From positions 576,001 through 640,000 of the forward strand of contig CAVTHK010000001.1 of assembly GCA_963734495.1 (NCBI GenBank): a DNA stretch of 64,000 nt, read 5' to 3'. The DNA comes from an uncultured Spirochaetota bacterium (GTDB lineage: Bacteria > Spirochaetota > Spirochaetia > SZUA-6 > CAVTHK01). Shown here in pieces: positions 39,719 through 49,896 of the stretch. The position numbers were made by a program, and so were the translations under genes. The notes beneath the pieces were generated by a model. It had not been told where the DNA came from. It was given only the letters and a program-made list of their open reading frames with translations, and made no database searches. Each line of letters begins with the position of its first letter. Position 1 is the stretch's first letter.

Positions 39719-41038
39719 TCAGAGCTTGCTGATCCGATCTGTCTCGACGACCCGCGTCTTGATCGCGTTGCGGAAGTCGACAATGAGCCGCGAGAGCGAC
39801 GCGATGCGATCCACGTCGAACGCGCTGTGATTCGTGGCGAACACGACACAGTCCGCCGTCCTGATCAGCTCATCGGTGAGGTCCTGGCTCTTGTAGGGGC
39901 GGCCTTCGTGGGTCTTCACCTCAGGGATGTACGGATCGTGGTAGATGACCTCGGCCCTTTTCCTCGCCACCTCGTCCATGACCGAGAGCACGGGAGACTC
40001 GCGGGGATCATTGATGTCCGGCTTGTAGGCCACCCCCAGAAAGAGGACGCGCGACGAGCTCAACGGCTTCCCCTGCCGGTTCAGCGCGTAGGCGATCTTG
40101 TTCATCATGCGGTGGGGCATCAGCGTGTTGATCTGGCCGGCGGTGTGGATCATCGAAAGGTCAAAGTTGTATTCCTTGGCGACGTACTCCAGGTAGAACG
40201 GGTCGAGCGGAATGCAGTGGCCTCCGATTCCCGGCCCCGGATAGAACGCCTGAAACCCGTAGGGTTTCGTCTTGGCGGCCTCGATCACCTCCCAGATGTT
40301 GATGTCCATCTTGCCGGCGAGCAGCGCGAGCTCGTTGATCAGGGAGATGTTCACCAGCCGGTACGTGTTCTCGAGGATCTTGACCATCTCGGCGACCCGC
40401 GGCGAGGAAACTGGATGCAGCTCCTTGATGGCCTTGCCGTACAGGCCGACGGCAAGCTTCTGCGCCCGCTCGCCGAGCCCTCCCACGACCTTGGGGGTGT
40501 TCTCGGTCTTGTACTGCTTGTTGCCGGGGTCCACGCGCTCGGGCGAGTAGCAGAGCCAGAAGTCCTCGTCCAGCTTGAGGCCCGATACTTTCTCGATTAT
40601 GGGAAGCACGATATGCTCCGTCGTTGTCGGATACGTCGTGCTCTCCAGACAGATGAGACAGCCGGGCTTCATCGCGCGAGCGATGTCGTGGCACGCAGCT
40701 TCGATAAAGCTCATGTCCGGCTTCTTGAATCGGTCGAGAGGGGTGGGAACGCAGATGATCGCGGCGTCGCAGGAGCGGATCCGCGAAAAGTCATCCGTGG
40801 CGGTGAGCATGCCCGAGGAAACCACCGCGCTCAGCTCGGAATCAGCCACGTCGCTGATGTAGTTCCCCCCGCGGGCGACGCACTCAGTTTTCGACTTGTC
40901 CTTGTCGAAGCCGATCGTGCGGATCCTTGCTTTCGCAAAGGCGACCGCCAGAGGCAGGCCTACGTACCCGAGCCCGAGAACTCCGACGACCGCGTTCCCG
41001 CTGTTGGTCTTCTGGAGAAGCGACTGGTAGTGATCCAT
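39719..41038 (-). CDS. wbpA: UDP-N-acetylhexosamine 6-dehydrogenase (WbpA-like)
   Basis: GLGYVGLPLA, ICVPTPL, LESTTYP, SPERVDPGN, GPGIGGHCIPLDP. Confidence 0.88.
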   Translation of the reverse strand: MDHYQSLLQKTNSGNAVVGVLGLGYVGLPLAVAFAKARIRTIGFDKDKSKTECVARGGNYISDVADSELSAVVSSGMLTATDDFSRIRSCDAAIICVPTPLDRFKKPDMSFIEAACHDIARAMKPGCLICLESTTYPTTTEHIVLPIIEKVSGLKLDEDFWLCYSPERVDPGNKQYKTENTPKVVGGLGERAQKLAVGLYGKAIKELHPVSSPRVAEMVKILENTYRLVNISLINELALLAGKMDINIWEVIEAAKTKPYGFQAFYPGPGIGGHCIPLDPFYLEYVAKEYNFDLSMIHTAGQINTLMPHRMMNKIAYALNRQGKPLSSSRVLFLGVAYKPDINDPRESPVLSVMDEVARKRAEVIYHDPYIPEVKTHEGRPYKSQDLTDELIRTADCVVFATNHSAFDVDRIASLSRLIVDFRNAIKTRVVETDRISKL

Positions 41039-41039
41039 C

Positions 41040-41597
41040 CTATGCCTCCTTGAGCCCGTCACCGCTCGACTCGTATTTCTTTCCACACTGCGGGCAGACG
41101 AGGTCGACGAGCTTCGTCCCGCACGCGCAGACCCAGCCGTGGCTCTTCGCCGGATTGCCGTACACCAGCGCGTAGTCCGGAACGTCCCTCGTGACGACCG
41201 CCCCGGCGCCCACGAAGCTGTAGCGGCCGACCGTCACGCCGCACACGATCGTCGCGTTGGCCCCGATCGAAGCGCCTTTGCGGACCACGGTGGTCTTGTA
41301 TTCGGTCTTGCGCACCACGAAAGAGCGCGGATTCACGACGTTCGTGAAGACGCACGATGGGCCGCAGAATGCGTCGTCCTCTATGATGACGGAATCGTAG
41401 ATGGAGACGTTGTTCTGCACCTTCACGTTGTTGCCCAGAACAGCCTTGCCGCCGACGTTCACGTTCTGGCCGAGAACGCACCTGGCGCCGATCTGAGCTC
41501 CCGACATCACGTGACAGAAGTGCCAGATCCGCGTGCCGGCGCCGATCTTGCAGCCCTCGTCGACAAAAGAGGATTCGTGAACGAAGTATTCCGACAT
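41040..41597 (-). CDS. wbpD: Hexapeptide N-acetyltransferase (WbpD-like)
   Basis: IWHFCHV, GQNV, KVQNNVSIY, CVFTNVVNPRS, GANATIVCG. Confidence 0.9.
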   Translation of the reverse strand: MSEYFVHESSFVDEGCKIGAGTRIWHFCHVMSGAQIGARCVLGQNVNVGGKAVLGNNVKVQNNVSIYDSVIIEDDAFCGPSCVFTNVVNPRSFVVRKTEYKTTVVRKGASIGANATIVCGVTVGRYSFVGAGAVVTRDVPDYALVYGNPAKSHGWVCACGTKLVDLVCPQCGKKYESSGDGLKEA

Positions 41598-41621
41598 ATC
41601 TTCCTTTCCAGACTGTCTCTG

Positions 41622-42716
41622 CTACAGGGAACTCACGGCGTCCCGGACGGCGCGGCAGACGCTTTCGATCTCGCTTTCTTTCAGAAAGGGATGCATCGGC
41701 AGCGACAGCACCTCCGCGGCCGCCCGTTGGGACTCGGGACAATCCACGGTGGGCGGCATTCCGCTGAAGGCCGGCTGAGCATGCAGCGGCGACGGGTAAT
41801 GGACAGCCGTCGGGACGCCGCGCTCTTCCATTTTCTTCCGGACCTGATCTCTCCCTCTTGATCTGATGGTGTACTGCGCCCAGACACAGAGATTGTGCGC
41901 GAGGACGCTCGGGGTCTGAACGACCCCCTCGAGCAGCTTTGTGTATGCAGCAGCGACTTTGTTGCGGGCCGCGATCTCCACGTCAAGGTGTCGCAGCTTG
42001 ACCCGCAGGACGGCCGCCTGGATGGTGTCCAGGCGGCTGTTGACCCCCACGAGGGCATGGCTGTATCGCTTTGACTGCCCGTGGTTGCGGAGCATCCGCA
42101 GCTTTCCGGCGAGCTCATCGTCGTCGGTGAACATGGCCCCGCCGTCGCCGTAACACCCGAGGGGTTTCGCCGGGAAGAACGACGTCGCCGCAACGCGGGA
42201 AAGGCCGCAGGACTTCCGGCCTCGGTAGGTCGCGCCGAACGATTGCGCCGCATCCTCCATGACCCAGAGTCCGTGCCTCGCGGCCACGGCGTTGATGGCA
42301 TCCATGTCGGCGCACTGGCCATAGAGCGACACGGGTATCAATCCCCTGGTTCTCGAGGTGATCTTCGCGGTGATCCGCGACGGATCCAGGTTGCAGGTGA
42401 CGGGATCGACGTCCACGAACACGGGGACCGCGCCGATCAGAGCCACCATCTCGGCGGTGGCGAAGAACGTGAAGTCCGGCACGATGATCTCGTCGCCGGG
42501 CTTGACGTCGAGAGCGAGGAGCGGGAGGAGGAGCGCGTCTGTGCCGTTGCCGCAGGCGACCGCATGTTTGACGCCGGTGTAGCGCGCAAGCTCCCCTTCG
42601 AGAGCGGCGATCTCTTCTCCACCGATGAACCTGCAGGAGGAAAGCACCTCCGCGACCGCCGCGTCGATCTCCTTCCGATACGCGTTGTACTGCGCTTTCA
42701 GATCAACAAACTCCAT
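41622..42716 (-). CDS. wbpE: DegT-family aminotransferase (WbpE-like)
   Basis: MEFVDLKAQY, NGTDAL, EDAAQSFGA, TSFFPAKPLGCYGDGG, NSRLDTIQAA. Confidence 0.9.
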   Translation of the reverse strand: MEFVDLKAQYNAYRKEIDAAVAEVLSSCRFIGGEEIAALEGELARYTGVKHAVACGNGTDALLLPLLALDVKPGDEIIVPDFTFFATAEMVALIGAVPVFVDVDPVTCNLDPSRITAKITSRTRGLIPVSLYGQCADMDAINAVAARHGLWVMEDAAQSFGATYRGRKSCGLSRVAATSFFPAKPLGCYGDGGAMFTDDDELAGKLRMLRNHGQSKRYSHALVGVNSRLDTIQAAVLRVKLRHLDVEIAARNKVAAAYTKLLEGVVQTPSVLAHNLCVWAQYTIRSRGRDQVRKKMEERGVPTAVHYPSPLHAQPAFSGMPPTVDCPESQRAAAEVLSLPMHPFLKESEIESVCRAVRDAVSSL

Positions 42717-42723
42717 GCTGCTG

Positions 42724-43680
42724 TCACCTCCTCGACAGTGATTCCATGATGCGTAGGCCTGACAACACCTCGGGAGCGGCCGGGAACTTCTCCAGCTCGT
42801 TCGCCGCCACATACTGGTACATCCGCAGGTGACCGGCATCAAAGGATGCCGGACTCAGGGCGTCCCCTTCGGGCGCGGGAACGTCCTTGACGTCCCAGTG
42901 GTCCACGCGGCTCAAGTTGGGACCGGAAACACGGATGGACCCGCGCTCGGCGATGAAGATGGCCTCGGTCGCCACGTTGCGCCGGTACGCGCTCACGGTC
43001 GCGTTGAGCGAAGCCACCGTGTCGCAGTCGAACCGCATGGACGCCGATACGGTGTCCGGTGTCTCGAGGCCCCGGAGCCTTCCGCAGAAGCCTTCCCATC
43101 GCTCGACGCCGCCAAGAAGATAGAGCAGCGCGTCCAGGTAATGGCTGGCCTGGGTGAAGAGCACTCCCCCGTCCATAGCGGCGGTGCCATGCCAATCGGT
43201 CCTGAAATACTCGTCGTTGCGGTTCCACAGCACGTTGATCACGACTTGATAGATCTTCCCGAGCGCGCCCTCCCGGATCAGATTCCTCAGAATCTGTACG
43301 AGCGGGTTGTAGCGAAGCTGATAGACCGGCAGAATCGTCTTGCCGCTGCGGGAGGCGACATCGTAGAGAGCCTTCGCGTCGGTTTCGGAGAGGGCCAGAG
43401 GCTTCTCGCAGACAACGAAGCGGGCTGAAGTCGACTCCAGTGCCTCCCGGACGTGGACCGAATGCAGACCCGAAGGGGACGCCACCACGACGACGTCAAC
43501 ATCGCCGAAACCGGCTGCCGACGTCGTCCAAGGGATCTTTCTCGGGTCTGCGACCTCCCGGGCCTTTTCAACGAGTATGTCGGACACCACGGCAAGCGAC
43601 AGCCCCGGCACCTTGTCGATCGCATCGATATGACGTCGGGCTATCCGCCCACATCCCACCAGACCTACTCTTCCCACCAT
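42724..43680 (-). CDS. Gfo/Idh/MocA oxidoreductase (WbpB/WlbA-like 3-dehydrogenase)
   Basis: GLVGCGRI, SPSGLH, VCEKPLA, WHGTAAMDGG..QASHY; upstream of wbpE/D/A. Confidence 0.85.
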   Translation of the reverse strand: MVGRVGLVGCGRIARRHIDAIDKVPGLSLAVVSDILVEKAREVADPRKIPWTTSAAGFGDVDVVVVASPSGLHSVHVREALESTSARFVVCEKPLALSETDAKALYDVASRSGKTILPVYQLRYNPLVQILRNLIREGALGKIYQVVINVLWNRNDEYFRTDWHGTAAMDGGVLFTQASHYLDALLYLLGGVERWEGFCGRLRGLETPDTVSASMRFDCDTVASLNATVSAYRRNVATEAIFIAERGSIRVSGPNLSRVDHWDVKDVPAPEGDALSPASFDAGHLRMYQYVAANELEKFPAAPEVLSGLRIMESLSRR

Positions 43681-43711
43681 ACCACCGCCCGTTGCGTTCT
43701 CCGCGCTGAAT

Positions 43712-45634
43712 TCAGGACTCAGAAATGGAAAGCAGGCGCGTCCATCTCACGTAGTTCAGATATCGCCACAACTTCGCGTGACTGAGTGCGGCGCCCCGGA
43801 GCGAAGACTCCCACGAGCCGCGAACCACCGCACCGTCGACGATCTCGCTGTCGGCCGCCGATGCTATCACTTGATCGACCCATCCCCGGGCCTGTCTGAG
43901 CCAGTCGCGCTGCGGCGTGACGAACCCGATCTTGTCGCGCCGGTCGAGAATTTCGTCGGGCGCGATGCCTCTCATGGCTTCACGCAGCACCGACTTTGAC
44001 CGCCCGTCGCCGTCAACCAGGTATTGCTCGGGGAGAGCAAGCGAGAACTCCGCGATCTCCCTCGTGAGAAAAGGGACTCGATTCTCGATCGAGTACGTCA
44101 TGGCGTTCCTGTCTCCGTGCCTCAAAAGGGTGGGAAGCCCGGAAACGACAAGAGAATGGGCGAGCTCCTCCTTGACTTTGTCGGTACCCCTAACGCGCAG
44201 GCGCGTCTGAGCCCGGTCGGACACCGCCTGTCCGGCTTCACGCCTGAGCCAGCCGTCCGAGCCTCGCAGGCGCGATCTGGCCGCGCGATACAGCCGCGGG
44301 GCCGCATCCGCGGCCAGGCCCCTCAGGATTCCGCGCGTCGATCTTCCCGGCCACGCCGAGGCACGCCTCAGGAGACTCGCGGCCTGCAGCCAGCGTCCTC
44401 GCAGCAGGAGCGTGTGCAGCCGCTGCGGAACATACCCCCCGTAGCCGGCGAACAGCTCGTCCGCCCCCTGGCCTTCGAGCATGACCTTGATCCCATGACG
44501 CGCGGCAAGCCTGAATACCCGATCCTGCGCGTAGATACTCGTGCTGGCGAAGGGCTCGCCCAGCCTTCGGATCAGGCGGTCGACATCCTCAGCCAGCTCG
44601 TCACCCGTGGAAATCGTCTTGTGCGCGGAAGCCCCGGCGGCCTGGTTGGCAAGGTCCACCCAGGCCTCCTCGGAATCGCTGCTTCCGCGTGCCACGAAAC
44701 TGAAGGTCTTGAGGTCGATGCCCGGTGCCACGGCCCGGATGCCGCACGCGATCGAAGCGGAGTCGATTCCGCCGGAAAGCGCCACTCCGAGCGGGACGTC
44801 GCTGCGCAGATGGATCCGAAGGCTCTCGAGGAGGAGCCTTCTGAGCTCTGCTTTCGCCTCATCGAAGCCCCAACGCCAACGGGTCTCTGCCGCCGGCGCC
44901 CAGTACTGCCGCGCCTGCGCAAGCTGCCCCTTGGCGACGCTTGCACGAACGAAATGAGCGGGGGGAACCTGGTGAATCCCGAGGACCATCGTGTCGCTGC
45001 CGGCGTCCACTTCGCCGTGGTCCAGAAAAGCAATCGCGCGCGTCCGGTTGACTCTTCTATCCGTTCCCGGGAAGTCGAGTATCGCCTCGATCTCGGAGGC
45101 GAACGTGATGCCGTTCGCGCCGGCCTGGTAGAAGAGCGGCTTGATCCCGAAGAAGTCCCTTGCCAGAACGACCTCGTCGGCTTCGCGATCATAGATCGCG
45201 AACGCGAACATGCCGACAAGCCGAAGCAGGCACGAAAGCCCCCAGTGGGCGTAAGCCCGGAGAAGAACCTCCGTGTCACTCCTCGTGGAAAACCCGATGC
45301 CGCAGCCCTCGAGCTCGCGCCGCAGCTCGAGGTAGTTGTAGATCTCGCCGTTGTACGTGATCGTGAAGCGCCCATCCTCGGTAGACATCGGCTGATGCCC
45401 ATCCGGCGAAAGATCGATGATCGAGAGTCGGGTGTGGCCGAGCAGAAGGTGACAACTGCCGCTGTCCTTCGCTGTGTCCGGACCGATCGGCGTGCGGCGC
45501 CCGTCGAACTGCATCCAACCGCGGTCGTCGGGACCCCGGTGTCTCACGCGTGCGGCCACGGAAAGCGCCGCGGCGCGCACCGCGCCGTGCTCCCTGTATC
45601 GGGGAGACGGAATCCAGCCGAATATTCCACACAC
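43712..45634 (-). CDS. AsnB-like glutamine amidotransferase (glycan amidation)
   Basis: GTG then CGIFG (N-terminal nucleophile Cys), HRGPD, RLSIIDL, LSGGIDS, GQGADELFAGY, SIENRVPFL. Confidence 0.9.
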   Translation of the reverse strand: MCGIFGWIPSPRYREHGAVRAAALSVAARVRHRGPDDRGWMQFDGRRTPIGPDTAKDSGSCHLLLGHTRLSIIDLSPDGHQPMSTEDGRFTITYNGEIYNYLELRRELEGCGIGFSTRSDTEVLLRAYAHWGLSCLLRLVGMFAFAIYDREADEVVLARDFFGIKPLFYQAGANGITFASEIEAILDFPGTDRRVNRTRAIAFLDHGEVDAGSDTMVLGIHQVPPAHFVRASVAKGQLAQARQYWAPAAETRWRWGFDEAKAELRRLLLESLRIHLRSDVPLGVALSGGIDSASIACGIRAVAPGIDLKTFSFVARGSSDSEEAWVDLANQAAGASAHKTISTGDELAEDVDRLIRRLGEPFASTSIYAQDRVFRLAARHGIKVMLEGQGADELFAGYGGYVPQRLHTLLLRGRWLQAASLLRRASAWPGRSTRGILRGLAADAAPRLYRAARSRLRGSDGWLRREAGQAVSDRAQTRLRVRGTDKVKEELAHSLVVSGLPTLLRHGDRNAMTYSIENRVPFLTREIAEFSLALPEQYLVDGDGRSKSVLREAMRGIAPDEILDRRDKIGFVTPQRDWLRQARGWVDQVIASAADSEIVDGAVVRGSWESSLRGAALSHAKLWRYLNYVRWTRLLSISES

Positions 45635-46812
45635 TACGGATTCCCCCGGGCTCGGCGAAGCCGTCGGCATCTCTCATAATCGCCTGCCACGGAGGCCGCG
45701 ATCCTGAGGGGATCATGCCACTTTTCGACGAACAGCCGGGACCGCCGTCCGACGTCCGCCAACTCGTCCCGTCTCGATGACAGCCAGTCCCTGAGCACGC
45801 CGTAGATAGTGGCCGGCTCGGCGCGGATGATCGGCATCTCCTGGCGCATCTCCGCGGGGATGTACTTGAGATCCTCGTCGCGAACGTAGCACACGACGGG
45901 CTTTCCGAGCGCCATGGCTTCCACCGCCAGGGCGCCGTACCAGCCGGCCAGGAGCTGATCGACGACGAGATCGGCCGACTCGTACACACGGCGCGCTTCG
46001 GAATGAGACACCCTCTCGACGAGACGCATTTCGACCGGTACGCCGTCCCTTCCTAATTGTTCAATGGCCTCGAGAACATACCTCGTTCCCTTGACCTGAC
46101 GGTGGCTCGGCGCGTGCACCACGACGGCGCAGCGCCCGGTGTCGGATGAAGGATAGACGGGGGCCCACCGCTGCGGATCTACCGAAGCATACGCCAGGAA
46201 CCTGGCCTTTGGAGGAAGCATGTTCAGGAGATCGGGGTTCACGGCGTATATGATGTCGGCATGCCGGCCGATGTATGCTATGTCGCGCCGCTTCCTCCGA
46301 TCGCTTCGAGCGGTATAGTAGTCCGCGGCAACTTCGCGGGCGAACGTGACGCGGTAGTTGCGGCGGCAGTAATCGCCTTGCCGCGCATCGTCGCCCTGGA
46401 AAGTCATGACGACTGTCTTGCGCAGTGTCCGCAGGACGGCAAGATCCTTGAGCCGGACGGCGCGCAAGTAAAGGGCATAGCACAACCGGGCGAGCCGGGC
46501 GACGAGCGACGGGGCGACTGCCTTCTTCAGAGCGCCAACCGAGAGGATGCTGGAGCCAAAGTTGAAGTGCACGACGTCGCAACGGGCGATGGCCCGCATC
46601 AGCAGCCACCAGCGCGCAAGCTCACGCCTGAGGATGCCGTCGCGGTGGCTCCAGAGCACCCTGTCGCTCCTGAAGCCGAAGCTTGAATGCCGAAACGCCA
46701 CCAGGGAGCTCGACAGCCCGAGCTCCCTCTCGGCCTCCGCGAGTCCCCGTGGGTTGCCCGCTATGTTGTCAGGGCAGTGAAGGACCCGCAGGGGTCGTTT
46801 GCTGACGCTCAC
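45634..46812 (-). CDS. GT-B glycosyltransferase
   Basis: HAPSHRQVKGT, DQLLAGWYGALAVEAMALGKPVV. Confidence 0.85.
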   Translation of the reverse strand: MSVSKRPLRVLHCPDNIAGNPRGLAEAERELGLSSSLVAFRHSSFGFRSDRVLWSHRDGILRRELARWWLLMRAIARCDVVHFNFGSSILSVGALKKAVAPSLVARLARLCYALYLRAVRLKDLAVLRTLRKTVVMTFQGDDARQGDYCRRNYRVTFAREVAADYYTARSDRRKRRDIAYIGRHADIIYAVNPDLLNMLPPKARFLAYASVDPQRWAPVYPSSDTGRCAVVVHAPSHRQVKGTRYVLEAIEQLGRDGVPVEMRLVERVSHSEARRVYESADLVVDQLLAGWYGALAVEAMALGKPVVCYVRDEDLKYIPAEMRQEMPIIRAEPATIYGVLRDWLSSRRDELADVGRRSRLFVEKWHDPLRIAASVAGDYERCRRLRRARGNP

Positions 46813-48016
46813 GGCTCGGAAGGACTCCTATCTTGCGGTTGATATCGTCGAATACTCGACCGACGGACTCCAGCGAATGGTGGTCGAGCACGTATTGCCT
46901 GGATCTCTTTGAGAGATCCTCCAGATCGCAGGCTCCGAGTGCCAGTGCGCGTATGGTCTCCTTGACTGTGAACGGGTCACACCTGACGACAGGCAGCTCG
47001 CTTTCCCGCAAGAGCCCGGCGACGCGATAGAGCTGCTCCAGCTTGGGGTCGATGTAGGTGACGACCGGCCGCCCCATCGCCATCGCTTCCAGGGCGAAGA
47101 TCCCGTACCAGCCGATGATGAGCTGCTCGACGACGACGTCCACCGTGTCCAGGATGCGGCGTATCTCGTCGTTCGACACCTTCTGTACGACGACCAGCTC
47201 GACGGGCAGGCCTTCGCGCGCCAGGGCGTTGACGGCCTCCTCCACGAACCGTGTCCCCTTGATGGCTTTGTGATTGGGGGCGTGAAGGAGCCGCAGCGGG
47301 CGGTCGGCCGAGAACCCGGTCCGCCGGTCGAGCGGGCGGGTCGTCTTCCACAAGTCGGTATCCACGGAGAAATGCGCCAGCATGAGGGTGTCCCAGTGGT
47401 GCATGTAGTAGACCCAGTCACAGCCCGAGATGACGTGACTGGCACGTCGCGACCAGTGCTCTACCTGCCACCTGATTCGCGATCGCTTCTCTTTCTGGAA
47501 GAGGGGATAGTCGGTCATCATAGCGTGGCGGTAGAGCAGGTTCGGACACAGTCCGAGATCCTGAACGTCCCCCCCGTAGGGCATGACCACCGTCTTGATG
47601 CTCGCTGTCTTCAGCAGCCAAGACTCCAGCCCCGCCAGGGGGGTGGACCGCAGCGGCCCTCCGTTGAAGTAGATGTACAGGCAACGGTAGCGAAAGATGC
47701 AGGTCAGGAAGAGCCGATAGGCACGGTTCCTGTGCGACCAGCGGTCTGCTCGCACGTCGAACTCATCCGTGATGAAGTAAACACTGTCGACGAAAGTCTC
47801 AACTGAGTACCCGCATCGGCGGAGAGCCTTCTTGTGGTGCACATTGTTGATGAGCGGTTCGGGCCCCAGGCCCACATCGACGGGTTTGCGGCAGAACCTC
47901 GCCACTGCAGCGGCTGGCACGATTGCGAGCGCCCAGAGGGCGGCCCTCAGCAGCCGAATCGTTGTTCCAGCCGCGACCCGGAAATGCGAGTGTAGACGGG
48001 CGCGCCGTTCGTTCAT
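46769..48016 (-). CDS. GT-B glycosyltransferase, related to 45634-46812
   Basis: HAPNHKAIKGT, EQLIIGWYGIFALEAMAMGRPVV. Confidence 0.85.
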   Translation of the reverse strand: MNERRARLHSHFRVAAGTTIRLLRAALWALAIVPAAAVARFCRKPVDVGLGPEPLINNVHHKKALRRCGYSVETFVDSVYFITDEFDVRADRWSHRNRAYRLFLTCIFRYRCLYIYFNGGPLRSTPLAGLESWLLKTASIKTVVMPYGGDVQDLGLCPNLLYRHAMMTDYPLFQKEKRSRIRWQVEHWSRRASHVISGCDWVYYMHHWDTLMLAHFSVDTDLWKTTRPLDRRTGFSADRPLRLLHAPNHKAIKGTRFVEEAVNALAREGLPVELVVVQKVSNDEIRRILDTVDVVVEQLIIGWYGIFALEAMAMGRPVVTYIDPKLEQLYRVAGLLRESELPVVRCDPFTVKETIRALALGACDLEDLSKRSRQYVLDHHSLESVGRVFDDINRKIGVLPSRERQQTTPAGPSLP

Positions 48017-48939
48017 CGGCTCTGGGTGTTTCGTGCCGTAGAAGCGGGCTTTCGAAAAGAGAGAAAAACCTCATTGCGGCTGTTGTAGACCTTGCGGGCC
48101 AGTTGCAGACCGTGCCCGGCGAACAATCGAACCACCCGGACCGGATCCTCGTAGCGGGAGTGAAAGGCGTCCGGCGCGCCGGCGGGGATGTGGAACGCCG
48201 TGTGGTCGCCGTAGAGCTGAAACCGTCCTACTCTGCGGACATAGGGCGCAGGGCGGCTCTGCGGACGAGGCTTTCCGGTCAAGACGGACCACGCCGACCG
48301 CAGCGCCCGGCGAAGGCCGCGACGCACCGCAGCTTCCCTGTCCTGCATCCGGATCGCAAACGATCTGTCGGACATCCAGACGAATGCCATGCCTCCAGGT
48401 GCGAGCACGCGGCAGGACTCCATGACTCCGCGCTCCTCGGACACAAGATGGTCCAGGCTTGTTGCGAACACCACGTTGTCGATGGAGTTATCCGGCAGCG
48501 GAAGGAACTCGCCGCACCCGGTGATCAGGAATCCGCGGAAGGCGCTCGCGCCGATCGGATCGACTCCCCACAGACGGTACTTTCCCATCTCCGGCCAGTC
48601 GAAGTATCCCGGCATCTCGGACGGTCCGGGGCCGATGTCGGATGCGCCCGTGATCTGCTCCCTGATGAATGCGCCGAAGCGCTTCACGTCGGCGGGTTCC
48701 GGCAACGAGAGGCTTTCTCTGAGCCGGACGTAACCGATCTCCGCGTTGTTGTTCAGCGCAGCGTTCAGGAGGTACCTGCGGCCCTAGCGTTCGAAGAGTA
48801 GCTTCCGGTAGTCGTAGGCGAGGCGGGGGTCTCCTGCCTGGTATTCCATGCCGCACCGAGCGCACCGGGACATCCCGGGCTTCTGCGCGAGATCCTGAAC
48901 GTGCCCGCACGAGACGCACCTGATGGTCATCGTCGTCAT
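48013..48939 (-). CDS. Class I SAM methyltransferase with N-terminal CxxC..CxxC ribbon; in-frame TAG at 48784-48786
   Basis: CVSCG/CARCG; DIGPG, GVDP, GEFLPLPDNSID, ATSLDH, RVLAPGG; same frame on both sides of the TAG. Confidence 0.7.
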
Positions 48940-49892
48940 CTCGGCGCCTTGCGGGCGACGATGTGATGATTGCGCGCCTCGACGGTCCTGCGAATTTCCA
49001 CGAAACCGGCGCCGTTCAGCCAATCGACGATCTCCTCGTAGGGGTGAAGGTCGTTGATTGCGGGGGAGATGGCGTCGAAATAGCCGTGGATGAACTTCTC
49101 GCGGTCTGCATCTCGCGATTGCGGAAAGCGATCATCGTTCATGCCCTTGCGGAGGGCTGCCAGCTTCTCCTCGTGGCTCATGTGACTGGTCGTGCGGCGC
49201 CAGTACTCGTAGAGGTTCAGTTCGAGGTAATCGCCGAGCTCCCCGAATCTCGGCTCCCCGTAGATCATGAGGAAGAGATAGCCGCCGGGCGCGACCATTG
49301 GAACCAGGTTCTGGAACGCCCGATGGGTGTCGCCGGTATGGTGCAGGACGCCATAGCACCAGACCAGGTCGAACACGTCCGGAACCGGTGTCCCGCGCAG
49401 GATATCCGCCTCCAAGGTGCGGTGGCCGGCAAAGCATCCGCATGCCGACCGGGTGGCGTCGAGACCTTGGCGGCTCTGGTCGATCGAGAGGACCGTGGCG
49501 CCGAGAACGCACAGACCGTAGGAGAAGCGGCCGTTGCCGCACCCGACGTCGGCGGCCGACTTTCCAGCGAACCAATTCGGGCTGAGCCCTGTGTACTGAC
49601 AGATGCGTTGCGGCACCGCCCGGGCGAACGATGGATTTGCCAGCAGATCGGCCGAATCCGGCAGCCGGTCCCACTGAAAGGAGAAGCTCTCCTTGGTCGC
49701 GGTGATCGCGGCGGTGTCTCTCGCGGCGAGGTCGCACGCCCGGCGGGCCAGACTGCTCGTGCTGCTCAACTGATACTCGAGGTACTGTGTCCTTGCTTCG
49801 AGCAGCGCAAGGCGTCGTCGCAATCCCGGGCGACTCCCGAAGTGCGCCAGGACGGAGAGCCGCCTCGTCAGCTTTCGGATCAAACGAAGCAT
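48936..49892 (-). CDS. Class I SAM methyltransferase
   Basis: SFSFQW, DVGCGNGRFS, FDLVWCYGVLHHTGD, PGG. Confidence 0.9.
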   Translation of the reverse strand: MLRLIRKLTRRLSVLAHFGSRPGLRRRLALLEARTQYLEYQLSSTSSLARRACDLAARDTAAITATKESFSFQWDRLPDSADLLANPSFARAVPQRICQYTGLSPNWFAGKSAADVGCGNGRFSYGLCVLGATVLSIDQSRQGLDATRSACGCFAGHRTLEADILRGTPVPDVFDLVWCYGVLHHTGDTHRAFQNLVPMVAPGGYLFLMIYGEPRFGELGDYLELNLYEYWRRTTSHMSHEEKLAALRKGMNDDRFPQSRDADREKFIHGYFDAISPAINDLHPYEEIVDWLNGAGFVEIRRTVEARNHHIVARKAPR

Positions 49893-49896
49893 CAAC

